A stretch of 64,000 nucleotides of DNA from Dehalococcoidia bacterium (GTDB taxonomy: Bacteria > Chloroflexota > Dehalococcoidia > Bin125): contig OZ247431.1 of assembly GCA_965232875.1 (NCBI GenBank), positions 1,720,376-1,784,375 of the forward strand, given 5' to 3'. A program made the translations under genes and the position numbers. The notes beneath the pieces were generated by a model. It searched no databases, had not been told where the DNA came from, and saw only the letters and a list, made by a program, of their open reading frames with translations. Positions 18,265 through 28,244 of the stretch are shown here, in pieces (position 1 is the stretch's first letter; every line of letters begins with the position of its first letter).

Positions 18265-19269
18265 ATGACTCACTTCACACTTGACCGCATGCCAAAGGCC
18301 TTGCAACCGCACCTAGAGTTGGTCACCGTACCTTCTGATCCGATCCCTGGTGAACCTCTCTGCACGAATCGAATCTATCGCGGCGATGCCCGCGCTCTGC
18401 TGCCGGACATTATGCCCAACAGCATTGCGCTCAGCGTCTGGTCGCCACCGTATTTCGTAGGAAAGTCCTATGAGGAGTCGTGGACGTTCGATGAGTGGCA
18501 GTCCTTACTCCGGGACGTGATCGCCGCGCACTGGCGCATCATCAGCCCCGGAGGATTCCTGGCCATCAACATCGCAGACATTCTGTGCTTTCGCGACCCA
18601 GACATGCCCCGCATTTCCGCTGAAACTCACACCTCCCGGCGAAGCCCGGTGACCCGTGAAGACGTGCTCTCGGCGATGGCAACGTATCCAGAGAAGAACC
18701 GCCATCAAATTGCGGCAATGCTTGGTTGCAGTGAACAAACCGTTGATAGGCGATTGAACGGCAACAATGTCCGTGGTGGCAAATATGAGCCACAGACTCG
18801 CGTGAAAATCGTTGGAGGGCTGGTAGAAGAGTGGGCAACAGACGCAGGCTTTTTCCCGTACGACCGTCGCATTTGGGTAAAGGACCCGTGCTGGGCCAAC
18901 AGCCGATGGTCCAGCGTCTCCTACCGAGCCGTAGACGAATACGAGTACATCTACATGTTCTGGAAGCCTGGAGTCACGAAGGTAGACAAGTCACGACTTG
19001 CTGCTGAGGAATGGAGCGATTGGGGATCTAGAGGGGTCTGGCAATTCCCGTCCGTCCAGAAAAATGACGCTCACGAGGCGATGTTCCCTATTGAACTGCC
19101 CACTCGCCTAATCCGCATGTTGAGCGAACCTGGGGACACCATCCTCGATTGCTTTGTTGGCAGCGGCACCACAGCCGTTGCAGCGGGACGTTTGGACCGG
19201 TTGTTCATCGGAATCGACAACGATGAACAGGCGGTAGCCACGGCACGCGCACGCGTTGCTTTTGGATAG
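18265..19269 (+). CDS. Beta-class N4-cytosine/N6-adenine DNA methyltransferase (motif IV SPPY … motif I FVGSGTT), with an inserted wHTH-like segment
   Basis: SVWSPPYF near the N-terminus and DCFVGSGTTAVAAGRLDRLFIGID near the C-terminus. This is the PF01555-type circularly permuted beta order. Confidence 0.8.
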   Translation: MTHFTLDRMPKALQPHLELVTVPSDPIPGEPLCTNRIYRGDARALLPDIMPNSIALSVWSPPYFVGKSYEESWTFDEWQSLLRDVIAAHWRIISPGGFLAINIADILCFRDPDMPRISAETHTSRRSPVTREDVLSAMATYPEKNRHQIAAMLGCSEQTVDRRLNGNNVRGGKYEPQTRVKIVGGLVEEWATDAGFFPYDRRIWVKDPCWANSRWSSVSYRAVDEYEYIYMFWKPGVTKVDKSRLAAEEWSDWGSRGVWQFPSVQKNDAHEAMFPIELPTRLIRMLSEPGDTILDCFVGSGTTAVAAGRLDRLFIGIDNDEQAVATARARVAFG

Positions 19270-19283
19270 CGCTGGATTGCCCG

Positions 19284-20000
19284 ATGCTCATCGATCCTTC
19301 TGACCTCAAGTCAGATCTCGACACTCTGGAAGGAATCGAAAAGGCCTCAATGAGGCTTGTCACCCAAGCCATCGTCGATTTCCGAGATGAGGCCTCGGCG
19401 ATCTTCAACAGCGAAACCGATCTCCCCCAGGACTTCGCGGAAGACATCACCCGAGAGGCTCTGGACCAATTGGGTGTCTCGAGAATCCCTCAGCGCCTGT
19501 ATGGCAAAATTGACTACAAGCGGGCGCGTTATGTGTTTCACCCGGACTATGCCTTGAGACAGGCGCTCTTCGTCGATTCCAAAGCGGAGAAGACAAGTGG
19601 GAGATCCACGGCGACGCTCCAGATCGCACAAACTTCGCTGAAGATTATGCACGTAAGAGCCGGATCGGCAGTAGAGGTCCAAGGCACCCTCGAGCCGATC
19701 ATCCACTCAGAGAGCGGCAGTTTCCTTTCTACGACCATCTTCGTCAAATACAACTACGAAGAAGACGAAGATGGCTCCACAACACTCGATTCGATCACTG
19801 TTGCCTGTGTCCCGCACGCATTCCTTCAAGACAAATACAACCCTGACTCCGAGAACACCATTTGGCGCGCTGGTAGAAACGCTCAGACGCTCGGCGAAGC
19901 GTTTCGCGTTCGCTTAGTCTTTCGCCTTCTTAAGGAGCGCGCTGTTTGGCGCGTCCAGCAAGTGCCGGCGACTCCCAGTTCTTTCGAGTGGCTCGAATGA
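19284..20000 (+). CDS. Candidate Type II restriction endonuclease (PD-x9-DxK) cognate to the upstream methyltransferase
   Basis: Starts 15 bp after the MTase stop on the same strand. AT-richer than the flanks. Contains …VFHPDYALRQALFVDSKAEK… = PD…(D/E)xK nuclease signature. No other recognisable family. Confidence 0.5.
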   Translation: MLIDPSDLKSDLDTLEGIEKASMRLVTQAIVDFRDEASAIFNSETDLPQDFAEDITREALDQLGVSRIPQRLYGKIDYKRARYVFHPDYALRQALFVDSKAEKTSGRSTATLQIAQTSLKIMHVRAGSAVEVQGTLEPIIHSESGSFLSTTIFVKYNYEEDEDGSTTLDSITVACVPHAFLQDKYNPDSENTIWRAGRNAQTLGEAFRVRLVFRLLKERAVWRVQQVPATPSSFEWLE

Positions 20001-20042
20001 CTTCACGCCGGTTTGGAGACCTTATTTCTGCCAATAGCCGCT

Positions 20043-20390
20043 CTAGCTGCATCTGTAAGGACTGTTCGGCATCCTACTATTGGTGACAATCACTCTGAAG
20101 TCCTTCAGTCCGACTCTATGAGCAATCTCTGTCATCTCGCGTCTCAGATCGTGTGTGAAGACATCTAGAGGGGCTATGCGACCGCACTGCCAGCACTGAT
20201 GTCTGTAGATGTTAATCGGGGTGGTGGAGAGTTCAAGTCGTATACCTCCTGAACCACGATGCGGCAGTGCGTGACCACAACTCTTTGTCGGTGTGTGCGT
20301 CAGCCTCTTTCGGATCCACTTGGCACCTGAGGAGGTCACCTTTGTCGCTAGCTGTACGCCAAGGGCTGTTACGAGTGTCTCGACGACCAT
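20043..20390 (-). CDS. Hypothetical 115-aa Cys-rich protein convergent with the putative REase
   Basis: ORF in the same AT-richer patch. CGH…CWQCG motifs. Alternative (GTG) start. Weak support. Confidence 0.25.
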   Translation of the reverse strand: MVVETLVTALGVQLATKVTSSGAKWIRKRLTHTPTKSCGHALPHRGSGGIRLELSTTPINIYRHQCWQCGRIAPLDVFTHDLRREMTEIAHRVGLKDFRVIVTNSRMPNSPYRCS

Positions 20391-20759
20391 TTCTTTGCCT
20401 TCCTGCGAGCGGCTCGGCTAGTGAGGCCAGACGAGTTTCTGATCAACAGAATACTTGATTTCCCAATTCCTTGCAGTTAGAAGCTTCGAGCAGCCGCCGA
20501 TGTCGTCGGTTTCACAATGGTCGCCGAGACATGACCTACCACCCGCCACGCCCGTCAGGCTCACCCGCCCAACCTCGATTGCCAACGAGATTCCCGAAGC
20601 GCCGATCCCGCGCCCAACCCACAGAACATCCGTCCGCATACCATGGACAAGAACGCCCACCGCCGCCGCCCAGGAACGAGAGGTGACCCAACCCAACAAC
20701 CCGGACAATCCCAGAATCTCCTGCTCATTCCGAGCGCCAGACTCCACAAATCATGGCGA

Positions 20760-20800
20760 AATCTGGACAGATCTGGACGAATCTGGACAAATCTGAACAC
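20760..20800. promoter_or_regulatory. Four direct repeats of ATCTGGACA with about 11-bp phasing upstream of the Cu amine oxidase gene
   Basis: aATCTGGACAgATCTGGACGaATCTGGACAaATCTGAACA, about 125 bp upstream of the ATG at 20924. Confidence 0.45.
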
Positions 20801-20923
20801 CTGACAGCCCAATCCCCTGTCCAGAACAACAGATCCAGTCCCTTCCTCCAGAATTCTCTCCGCAGCAGCACTCCGAGGCTTCAAGTACTCTCCGATCAAG
20901 ACTCAAACACAGGAGACAAACCC

Positions 20924-22912
20924 ATGGTCACCGAAACTCGACCCGCCACGCCTGTTGGCGTCGCCCACCCGCTCGATCCTCTGACTCCCGACGAGATTTC
21001 GGCGGCTTCTCAGATTGCCTCATCCCATGAGCCTCGAGACGGCTGGCGATTTCCTCTGGTCGCTCTTGATGAGCCTGCCAAGGACACCGTCCGCACCTTC
21101 TCCGACGGCGACCCAATTGCTCGCCGGGCTCTGGTGGTGATGATGGACGTTCAGTCCGGCGACGCTGTCGAATGCGTGGTCGATCTTGGTTCGGGATCTG
21201 TGGCCCGCTGGACTTCACTGGATGGACATCAACCGTTTCCGCTCGCGGAAGAATTTGGCCGCGCGATGGAGGCCGTGCGCACCGACTCTCGCTGGCTGGC
21301 GGCGATGAAGTCTCGCGGCTTCACCGACGAGCAGATCGAGCTGATCCAGATCGACCCCTGGCCGGGCGGCAACTTCGGCACCGCCTGGGAGACCGAGCAC
21401 CGCACGCTCAAGGCGATTTCCTACCTGCGCGATTCCGAGGAATCGAACGGTTACGGCCGGCCGATCGAGCATGTCATGGCGGTTGTCGACCTGGTCGAAA
21501 ACCGCGTCCTCGACGTGGTCGACGAGCCCGGTCCGCCCGCGCCAGACTCCTCACTCGACTATCGCTACAACGACATCGAGCCGCGCGAAGACCTCAAAAC
21601 GCTCGACATCGTCCAGCCCGACGGGGTCTCGTTCTCGCTCGACGGACACCTGCTGTCCTGGCAGAAGTGGCAGATGCGCGTCTCGCTGCACCCGCGCGAG
21701 GGCCTCGTCCTGCACCAGATCGCCTACAACGACGACGGGGAACTGCGCCCCATCTGCTACCGCGCCTCAATGACCGAGATGGTCGTGCCCTACGGCGACG
21801 CATCGCCAACGCAGTATTTCAAGAACGCGTTCGACTCAGGTGAGGTCGGCGGCCTGGGCCGGCTGACCAACTCGCTCGAACTAGGCTGCGATTGCCTCGG
21901 CGAGATCGTCTACCTGGACGGTCACGTGAGCAACGAGTTCGGCGGTTCGCGCACGATCAACAACGCCATCTGCATTCACGAAGAAGACTTCGGCATCAAC
22001 TGGAAGCACACGCGAGTCGAAAACGACATCCCTGTCTCGGAAGTGCGCCGCACACGCAGACTGGTCGTCTCGGCGATCGCCACCGTCGGCAACTACGACT
22101 ACGGCTTCTACTGGATGTTCTACCCGGACGGCTCCTGGGAGCAGGAGGTCAAGGCGACCGGCATCGTGCAGACGATCGCCGCCGACCCCGACGACCCGCA
22201 GATTACGCGCCACATGATTGCGCCCGGTCTGGCCGCGCCGATTCACCAGCACTTCCTCTGTTTCCGCATGGACATGGAAATCGACGGCGGAACCAACACG
22301 GTCTACGAAGTCGACACCGTGCCGCTGCCTGCGGGTCCACAGAATCCCTACCACAACGCCTTCACCGCGGCCGCCAAGCCGTTGATCAGCGAGTCGGACG
22401 GCGAGCGAGTGGCAAACTCGGCCTCGGCCCGCCACTGGCGGATCGCGAACACCAACAAGGTGAATCACGTCGGCCACGCGCCGGCCTACCTGCTGGTTCC
22501 CGGCGAGACGGTCTCGATGATGGCCGGGCCGGAGTCAGCCGTCCACGGCCGAGCCGGCTTCACCCAAAAGCAACTCTGGGTCACGCCGTACGACGAATCG
22601 CAGATGTACGCGGCCGGCGACTACCCGAACCAGAGCGAGCCCGGACAGGGCATCCCCGCCTGGGTCGAGGCCGACCGCGAGATCGCCGATGAGGACCTCG
22701 TGCTCTGGTATACGGTCGGCATGAACCACATCGTGGTGCCCGAGGACTGGCCTGTGGCGCCTGTGCATCGCAGCGGATTCAAACTGCGACCATCCGGGTT
22801 CTTCGACCACAATCCGGCGCTCGACCTGCCGGAAGCAGACCACTGCGCGCACGACATGGATCACGACGGCCACGACCGCTCCAACCACATCGGCCACAAC
22901 GGTCACAGTTAG
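20924..22912 (+). CDS. Copper-containing primary amine oxidase (TPQ cofactor)
   Basis: TPQ consensus …IATVGNYDYGFYW…; His ligands …HQHF…/…HNH… context. About 660 aa from the RBS-preceded ATG. Confidence 0.85.
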   Translation: MVTETRPATPVGVAHPLDPLTPDEISAASQIASSHEPRDGWRFPLVALDEPAKDTVRTFSDGDPIARRALVVMMDVQSGDAVECVVDLGSGSVARWTSLDGHQPFPLAEEFGRAMEAVRTDSRWLAAMKSRGFTDEQIELIQIDPWPGGNFGTAWETEHRTLKAISYLRDSEESNGYGRPIEHVMAVVDLVENRVLDVVDEPGPPAPDSSLDYRYNDIEPREDLKTLDIVQPDGVSFSLDGHLLSWQKWQMRVSLHPREGLVLHQIAYNDDGELRPICYRASMTEMVVPYGDASPTQYFKNAFDSGEVGGLGRLTNSLELGCDCLGEIVYLDGHVSNEFGGSRTINNAICIHEEDFGINWKHTRVENDIPVSEVRRTRRLVVSAIATVGNYDYGFYWMFYPDGSWEQEVKATGIVQTIAADPDDPQITRHMIAPGLAAPIHQHFLCFRMDMEIDGGTNTVYEVDTVPLPAGPQNPYHNAFTAAAKPLISESDGERVANSASARHWRIANTNKVNHVGHAPAYLLVPGETVSMMAGPESAVHGRAGFTQKQLWVTPYDESQMYAAGDYPNQSEPGQGIPAWVEADREIADEDLVLWYTVGMNHIVVPEDWPVAPVHRSGFKLRPSGFFDHNPALDLPEADHCAHDMDHDGHDRSNHIGHNGHS

Positions 22913-22924
22913 GCGCAGGCTCCC

Positions 22925-23030
22925 TCTCCCTCTGGGAGAGGGCTGGGGTGAGGGTTCGGCGTCTCAGAAGGCCCTCACCCGAAGCCTCTCCCTCCGGGAG
23001 AGGGGACCGGAAGGGGAGCAAGTGATTTAC
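22925..23030. repeat. Compound REP-like palindromic element downstream of amine oxidase
   Basis: CCCTCTCCCTCTGGGAGAGGG, GGGTGAGGG…CCCTCACCC, CCTCTCCCTCCGGGAGAGGGG. Confidence 0.7.
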
Positions 23031-23135
23031 GCGCGTGCCTCCAAGGGCGGGGCGTCTCGGAGCGACACAGACCCGTAAATCGGGCATAGTAGAGGTAGTG
23101 GCCTCCGGCGGGGCGCCTGATTGTGAGGGTCGCAG

Positions 23136-24407
23136 ATGGTTATGAGTACGCCAATCATGAGCGGTCTCGACGTCTTTGCAGAGCTGGAATCCGAAGTCCG
23201 GTCATACGTGCGCGCTTGGCCGGCCGTCTGGTCGCGTGCGCACGGATCGTCGATCTGGGACGAAGAGGGTCGGGAGTACATCGACTTCTTCAGCGGCGCC
23301 GGCGGTCTCAACTACGGACACAATGACGACGCAATGATCGCCGCGCTCACGCGATACCTCCAGTCGCAGGGCATCGTCCACTCGCTCGACATGGCGACCA
23401 CCGCCAAACGAGATTTCCTCCTGCGATTCGACGAGGTCATCTTCCGACCGCGGAGCATGTCCTACAAGGTCATGTTTCCCGGCCCAACCGGCACCAATGC
23501 GGTCGAAGCATCGCTCAAGCTGGCTCGCAAAGTCACCGGCCGCCGCGAGATCGTCTCATTCACCAACGCCTTCCACGGGATGACGTTGGGTTCGCTAGCG
23601 CTCAGTGGGAACGTGGCAAAGCGAGAGTCCGCAGGTATTCCCCTCACACACCAACTCACGGCCCCCTTCGACGGCGAGTTCGGCGCCGACATGGACACGG
23701 TGTCGATGCTCGACGAGATGCTGGCCGACGACGGCGCGCATGTGGCGGCCGTAATCGTCGAAACAGTCCAGGGCGAGGGTGGCTTGTACTCCGCTAGCGT
23801 TGGCTGGCTGCAGGGACTGGCCGAGTGCTGCAAGCGTCATGATGTGCTCCTAATCGTCGACGACATCCAGGCAGGATGTGGTCGCACCGGCACGTTCTTC
23901 TCCTTCGAGCCGGCCGGCATTCATCCCGACATCGTCTGCCTGTCCAAGTCCATCTCGGGCAGCGGTCTGCCGATGGCGTTGACCCTGATTCGCCCCGAAC
24001 TGGATATCTGGTCGCCAGGCGAACACAACGGCACGTTCCGAGGCAACAACGCAGCGTTCGTCACCGCGACCGAGGCATTGAATTGGTGGACCGATGACGC
24101 GCTCTCGAATGAAGTGCAGCGCAAGTCCGAGATTATCCGGCGAGAGTTGGAGTCAATCGCCACGGAGCACGAGTCGTTGCGCGCGACCGTTCGGGGACGA
24201 GGATTGTTGCAGGGTCTGCATACACCCGTCGACGGATTGGCATCGAAGATCTGCGGCGAGGCGTTCGAACAGGGCCTACTGATGGAGACCTCTGGAGGCG
24301 CTGCATCCGACGTGGTCAAGCTGATGCCTCCGCTGACCATTAGGGACAGAGAGCTTGAGCGCGGCCTGTCAATCTTGCGAGCCAGCGTCGAGGCGAGCGC
24401 GCCTTAG
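23136..24407 (+). CDS. Diaminobutyrate--2-oxoglutarate transaminase-like class-III aminotransferase (EctB/PvdH-like)
   Basis: …ELESEVRSYVRAWPAVW…GREYIDFFSGAGGLNYGHND… closely resembles DABA aminotransferases. Confidence 0.75.
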   Translation: MVMSTPIMSGLDVFAELESEVRSYVRAWPAVWSRAHGSSIWDEEGREYIDFFSGAGGLNYGHNDDAMIAALTRYLQSQGIVHSLDMATTAKRDFLLRFDEVIFRPRSMSYKVMFPGPTGTNAVEASLKLARKVTGRREIVSFTNAFHGMTLGSLALSGNVAKRESAGIPLTHQLTAPFDGEFGADMDTVSMLDEMLADDGAHVAAVIVETVQGEGGLYSASVGWLQGLAECCKRHDVLLIVDDIQAGCGRTGTFFSFEPAGIHPDIVCLSKSISGSGLPMALTLIRPELDIWSPGEHNGTFRGNNAAFVTATEALNWWTDDALSNEVQRKSEIIRRELESIATEHESLRATVRGRGLLQGLHTPVDGLASKICGEAFEQGLLMETSGGAASDVVKLMPPLTIRDRELERGLSILRASVEASAP

Positions 24408-26665
24408 GTGGGACTAAGCGTCAGGCTGCCCTCGCTATTGGCCTCGATGTCGTCCCACTCGATGTAAAGCGGGAAGTACTCCATGTCGAGCCACTTGTGG
24501 ATGTGGTCGCTGTAGTGCGAGCTATCGGGACGACCTGAGTTGCCCGGCGGCAAGACGATCTGGGCGCCATTGAGAGCCGACAGGTCGAAGATCTGTCGGT
24601 AACTCACGCCGTGGTCGGCTGGCTGGTTGATCAGGCCGGTCGCGTTGTTCGGCGTGTTGCCGTCACCACCCTTGGGGAAATCGCCGACGTTGAATCGCGC
24701 CGCGCGCTCCGGATCGCGTCCCAGGTTGTGCCGCCAGGTAACCGAGTGGGCAGTTCCGAATTGCCACTGACCGTGGTCTGCGCCGTGTCGCTCGGTCAGC
24801 ACGTCGGCAGCGGTGGCTAGCGCCTCGCTGATCATGTCATCCCAAGACTTGCCCGCCGGAAGAGTCAGGGAGCTGTTGTCCTTCATCTGCTCGTGCAGGA
24901 TCCGCATCTCTTCGTATGAACTCTGTGCAATCCGCGCAGGAGCGTTGAAGTAGGGGCGCACAGTCTTGGCGATGAGCTGCTCGCAGAACTCGTAGTAGAC
25001 GAGCGCGGGAGCGGAGTCGATCGCCATGTGGCCGTCCCAGCCTGACAGCAACGCCTGCATCTCTTCGGCCACGCCGCCGGCGACGCTGGCTTGCGCCACA
25101 CGACTTGCCACGAAGCGGGCGTGCAGACTGGTCTGGTCTGACTGCACTTCGGGCATGTCCTCGGGTGCCCAGTCGTCGCGACCCTGCAGGAGTTCCCGCA
25201 ACCTGTCGGCTCGATAGGGCGTCTGGCTGAAGCTGAGGTAATAGGGATAGTCGTCAGTCGTCGTGCGGTTGTTCGCGGTGATGATCACGCCGGCCTCGGG
25301 ATTGAGGTCCTGGGGCAACTCGTCGACCGGGACATCGCCGTCCCACTCATGCGCACCGTCCCAGCCGTTGACGGGCGTCAGTGTTGCAGCGCGAATCGGC
25401 ACGCGACCGGTGTATTGGTAGCCGATGTCGCCTTGCTGATCGGCGAAGCAGAAATTGCCCGAGATTGAGTCATAGCGACGGAAACCATGACGCGCATCGT
25501 GAATGTTGTTTGCCGTGAAGATGGTCAAGATGCCGTCGAAATCGTGGCAGGGATCGGTCAGGCTGAACCGAGCGCTCAACACCTCGTCGTCCGACTCCGG
25601 ATCGCCGTGAACGACAGGTCCGTGGCGCGTGGACCAGACGGTCTGCGTGACGGATTCCTCTCCCCGGATTTCAATCACTTCATCGCGTCGCTCGAGCGCT
25701 TCCGTACTGTCCAGCCAGGCTGCCTCCGGTCCGGAGCCGTTGCGCGAGACGCGTTCGCGATACACATCCCAACGATCTCCCTGCGCGTGCGTCATGGTCC
25801 AGGCGATCTCGGTGTTATGTCCGTAGTAGACCGGACCTGGATAGCCGGGACTGCATGGTCCGGCAACCGTGAACTCGGGACACTGCATATGCATCACGTA
25901 CCACTGAGGCGGCACACTGAAAGCGAGATGCGGATCACCAACCACAAGCGGTTTGCCGCTGGCCGTGTGCTCACCGTCGATCACCCAGCAGTTCGATCCG
26001 TCCAGACCTCCACGTCGTGTGCCCGGCTCGGCTTCCAGATCGGCGAGCGCACCTGCAAACGCGTGAGCCCCGTTGGTCCACGACGCGCCCGCCGGAGCGA
26101 TCAGTGCAGCGTCGGCCGGCACGTCTGGAATCAGCGCCTGCAAGGCGTCGATGCCGAGTCGCGAGGCGACTTCTCCGTTGCCAATCTTGGTCGCCCAGTG
26201 GACGTTTGCTGAGACCATCTTGAGAATCGCTAGCGAGTCGACGGGCGACCAGGGCTGCATTTCGTGGTCCAGCAGACCGAACTCAACCGGGGCCGGCCCG
26301 GCCTCGATCGCTGCATTGATTCCATCCGCGTAGGCCTGCAGGATCATCCGCGCGTCGTCGGACTGTTCTTCCCATTCGCGAGCGGCGTCACGCCCGAAAC
26401 CGAGCGTGCGATTCATCTTGTCGATCCGCAGCAGTCCCTTGTTCAGCAATGACGCGGCCCGTCCGTTGGCCATGTGTCGATAGAGCTCAAGCTGCCAGCC
26501 GCGATCCTGCCCCAGGCAGAATCCCTGGGCGAAGAATGCGTCATGCGCCGACTGCGCTTCGACATGCGGAACGCCCCAGCGATCCCGGACGATTCGAACA
26601 GGCGCTTCCAGCCCATCCGCTTCAAGTTCGCTGTCTATCTGAGGAAGAATTGCCTGATCGGTCAT
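24404..26665 (-). CDS. Penicillin amidase / acyl-homoserine-lactone acylase family (Ntn hydrolase, S45)
   Basis: …GVPHVEAQSAHDAFFAQGFCLGQDR… and nucleophile region …GSNCWVIDGEHTASGKPLVVGDPHL…. 753 aa. Confidence 0.85.
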   Translation of the reverse strand: MTDQAILPQIDSELEADGLEAPVRIVRDRWGVPHVEAQSAHDAFFAQGFCLGQDRGWQLELYRHMANGRAASLLNKGLLRIDKMNRTLGFGRDAAREWEEQSDDARMILQAYADGINAAIEAGPAPVEFGLLDHEMQPWSPVDSLAILKMVSANVHWATKIGNGEVASRLGIDALQALIPDVPADAALIAPAGASWTNGAHAFAGALADLEAEPGTRRGGLDGSNCWVIDGEHTASGKPLVVGDPHLAFSVPPQWYVMHMQCPEFTVAGPCSPGYPGPVYYGHNTEIAWTMTHAQGDRWDVYRERVSRNGSGPEAAWLDSTEALERRDEVIEIRGEESVTQTVWSTRHGPVVHGDPESDDEVLSARFSLTDPCHDFDGILTIFTANNIHDARHGFRRYDSISGNFCFADQQGDIGYQYTGRVPIRAATLTPVNGWDGAHEWDGDVPVDELPQDLNPEAGVIITANNRTTTDDYPYYLSFSQTPYRADRLRELLQGRDDWAPEDMPEVQSDQTSLHARFVASRVAQASVAGGVAEEMQALLSGWDGHMAIDSAPALVYYEFCEQLIAKTVRPYFNAPARIAQSSYEEMRILHEQMKDNSSLTLPAGKSWDDMISEALATAADVLTERHGADHGQWQFGTAHSVTWRHNLGRDPERAARFNVGDFPKGGDGNTPNNATGLINQPADHGVSYRQIFDLSALNGAQIVLPPGNSGRPDSSHYSDHIHKWLDMEYFPLYIEWDDIEANSEGSLTLSPT

Positions 26666-26857
26666 CGCCAGTGCTCCGATGTGCTGATTCGGTAGTCGCT
26701 AGGCATGGTAGTCGGCGGCTCTCGGGAGACCCTGGCGGTTCACAACCACCAGTTCAGCAGACGTCCGCCAGTTTCGAGTCAAACATTATGTAAGTCTTCA
26801 ATCGACGTTATGATCGGTCTTGAATGGAAATCATTGAGGTTTGAGATAGGAGTCGAC

Positions 26858-28123
26858 GTGAAAACTGTGGGCAAGTCGCACTTGGTCACGTTGGTCATCG
26901 GCTTGGTTCTCGGCGCTATCACGCTGGGAGTCGTGCAGGCCGCGATCAGCGTGACTAGCGAAGTTCGGATCGGAGCCAGGCACATAGAAGACGGCCGCGT
27001 TGAAGTGGGGCTGCGACAACTGAATGATGAAGGGGAATGGGTAGAAGTCGAAACTCCGCCCAACCGCTTCCTGGCCGTAGACGCAGAGGTCGGGCAGTGG
27101 CGATTCAGCAGTCCAATCGAAGTCACCGGGACGGTTGAAGAAGAGCCCGTCGTGGCGACCCCGCCGCAGCGACCGGTGATGTGTGTCCTAGGTCACGCCC
27201 TTCCCCAGGAAGACCGCTTCTGGCAGTGGACCCTGAGCGCAGCAAATGTGGCCGGGTATCAGTACGGCGTAGACATCATCCTGTACGGAGCGCGCGACAG
27301 CGCCGAGCATGCCAACGACATTCGAGACTGCATTTCGAATGACCCGATCACCATCGCGACCTCGCTGCCATACGCCGAGGACCTCGAGGAAGCACTCGCC
27401 GAGGCGCAGGCTGCAGGGATCCAGGTGGTCAGCTTCAACTCCGGCGCCGAAGACGCTGACAGCGTCGGTTCCCTCATCCACATTGGGCTCGATGACTTCG
27501 CAGGCGGAATCAAGGCTGGCGACGAGTTCGACGAGGCCGGCGTCAGCGGAACCTTGCTTTGCGTCATTCACGAAGACGACAACATCGGCCTGCATGACCG
27601 TTGCGACGGCTTGGAACAGAGCTACGACAGTGGCGAAGTTGAGCGTTTGTCGGTCGACCTGTCAACTGCGATCGAACTTGGTGAGAGCCACGGCGAGCAC
27701 ACCAGCCCTCAGCACCTGCAGGCGTTAATCACTGAGCGCGTCGCAGAGGGCGACGTCGGGGGCATCTTGACGCTCAACCACGACAGCGCGCTTGCCGCGA
27801 TCACAGCGATCACAGAGTCCAATGCTGAGATTACAGCGGCCAGCTTCGGCTTCAGCGACGAACTCGCAGACGCGGTACGCGATGGCGAGCTGTTGTTCAT
27901 CGTCTGGGACCACCCGGTCGTCCAGGGTTACCTGGCCGTCTCGGCGATGGCGATGGCCTACACGCTTGAGCTGAGCCAGCTCAATGCCGCTGTCTTCCTC
28001 AATGGCGCCAAAATCCTGATCGAGCCGACCCTGGCCGACCAGGAGCGCGCCGCGGAGCTCAAATCGATGTTCGCCGGTCCGCCGCCCAGTCCGCAGAGCC
28101 AGTCCCAGGACTCGGAGGAGTAG
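26858..28123 (+). CDS. Membrane-anchored periplasmic-binding-protein (type I PBP/LacI-fold) domain protein with extra N-terminal beta-rich segment
   Basis: GTG start after GGAG. N-terminal TM helix. Body resembles sugar-binding PBP-1 fold. No adjacent permease or ATPase. Confidence 0.55.
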   Translation: MKTVGKSHLVTLVIGLVLGAITLGVVQAAISVTSEVRIGARHIEDGRVEVGLRQLNDEGEWVEVETPPNRFLAVDAEVGQWRFSSPIEVTGTVEEEPVVATPPQRPVMCVLGHALPQEDRFWQWTLSAANVAGYQYGVDIILYGARDSAEHANDIRDCISNDPITIATSLPYAEDLEEALAEAQAAGIQVVSFNSGAEDADSVGSLIHIGLDDFAGGIKAGDEFDEAGVSGTLLCVIHEDDNIGLHDRCDGLEQSYDSGEVERLSVDLSTAIELGESHGEHTSPQHLQALITERVAEGDVGGILTLNHDSALAAITAITESNAEITAASFGFSDELADAVRDGELLFIVWDHPVVQGYLAVSAMAMAYTLELSQLNAAVFLNGAKILIEPTLADQERAAELKSMFAGPPPSPQSQSQDSEE

Positions 28124-28244
28124 CAACCGCAAACGGGCATCCGCTGCATATGCGAGCGCGGCTGATCGAGTTGCTCAGCCGCGCTTTGCTGTTCAGACTG
28201 TTGACGATTCACGGGAAATCCAGCGCAGGACCAGGGGCCTCAAC

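Noticed and set aside
20753-20923. N-terminal extension of the amine oxidase ORF (MAKSGQIWTNLDKSE…)
   Set aside because: The extension is the translation of the ATCTGGACA direct repeats. The RBS-preceded ATG at 20924 gives the conserved N-terminus.
21172-21843. 223-aa Arg-rich ORF in an alternative frame
   Set aside because: Lies entirely within the Cu amine oxidase coding sequence. Typical GC-rich alternate-frame artefact.
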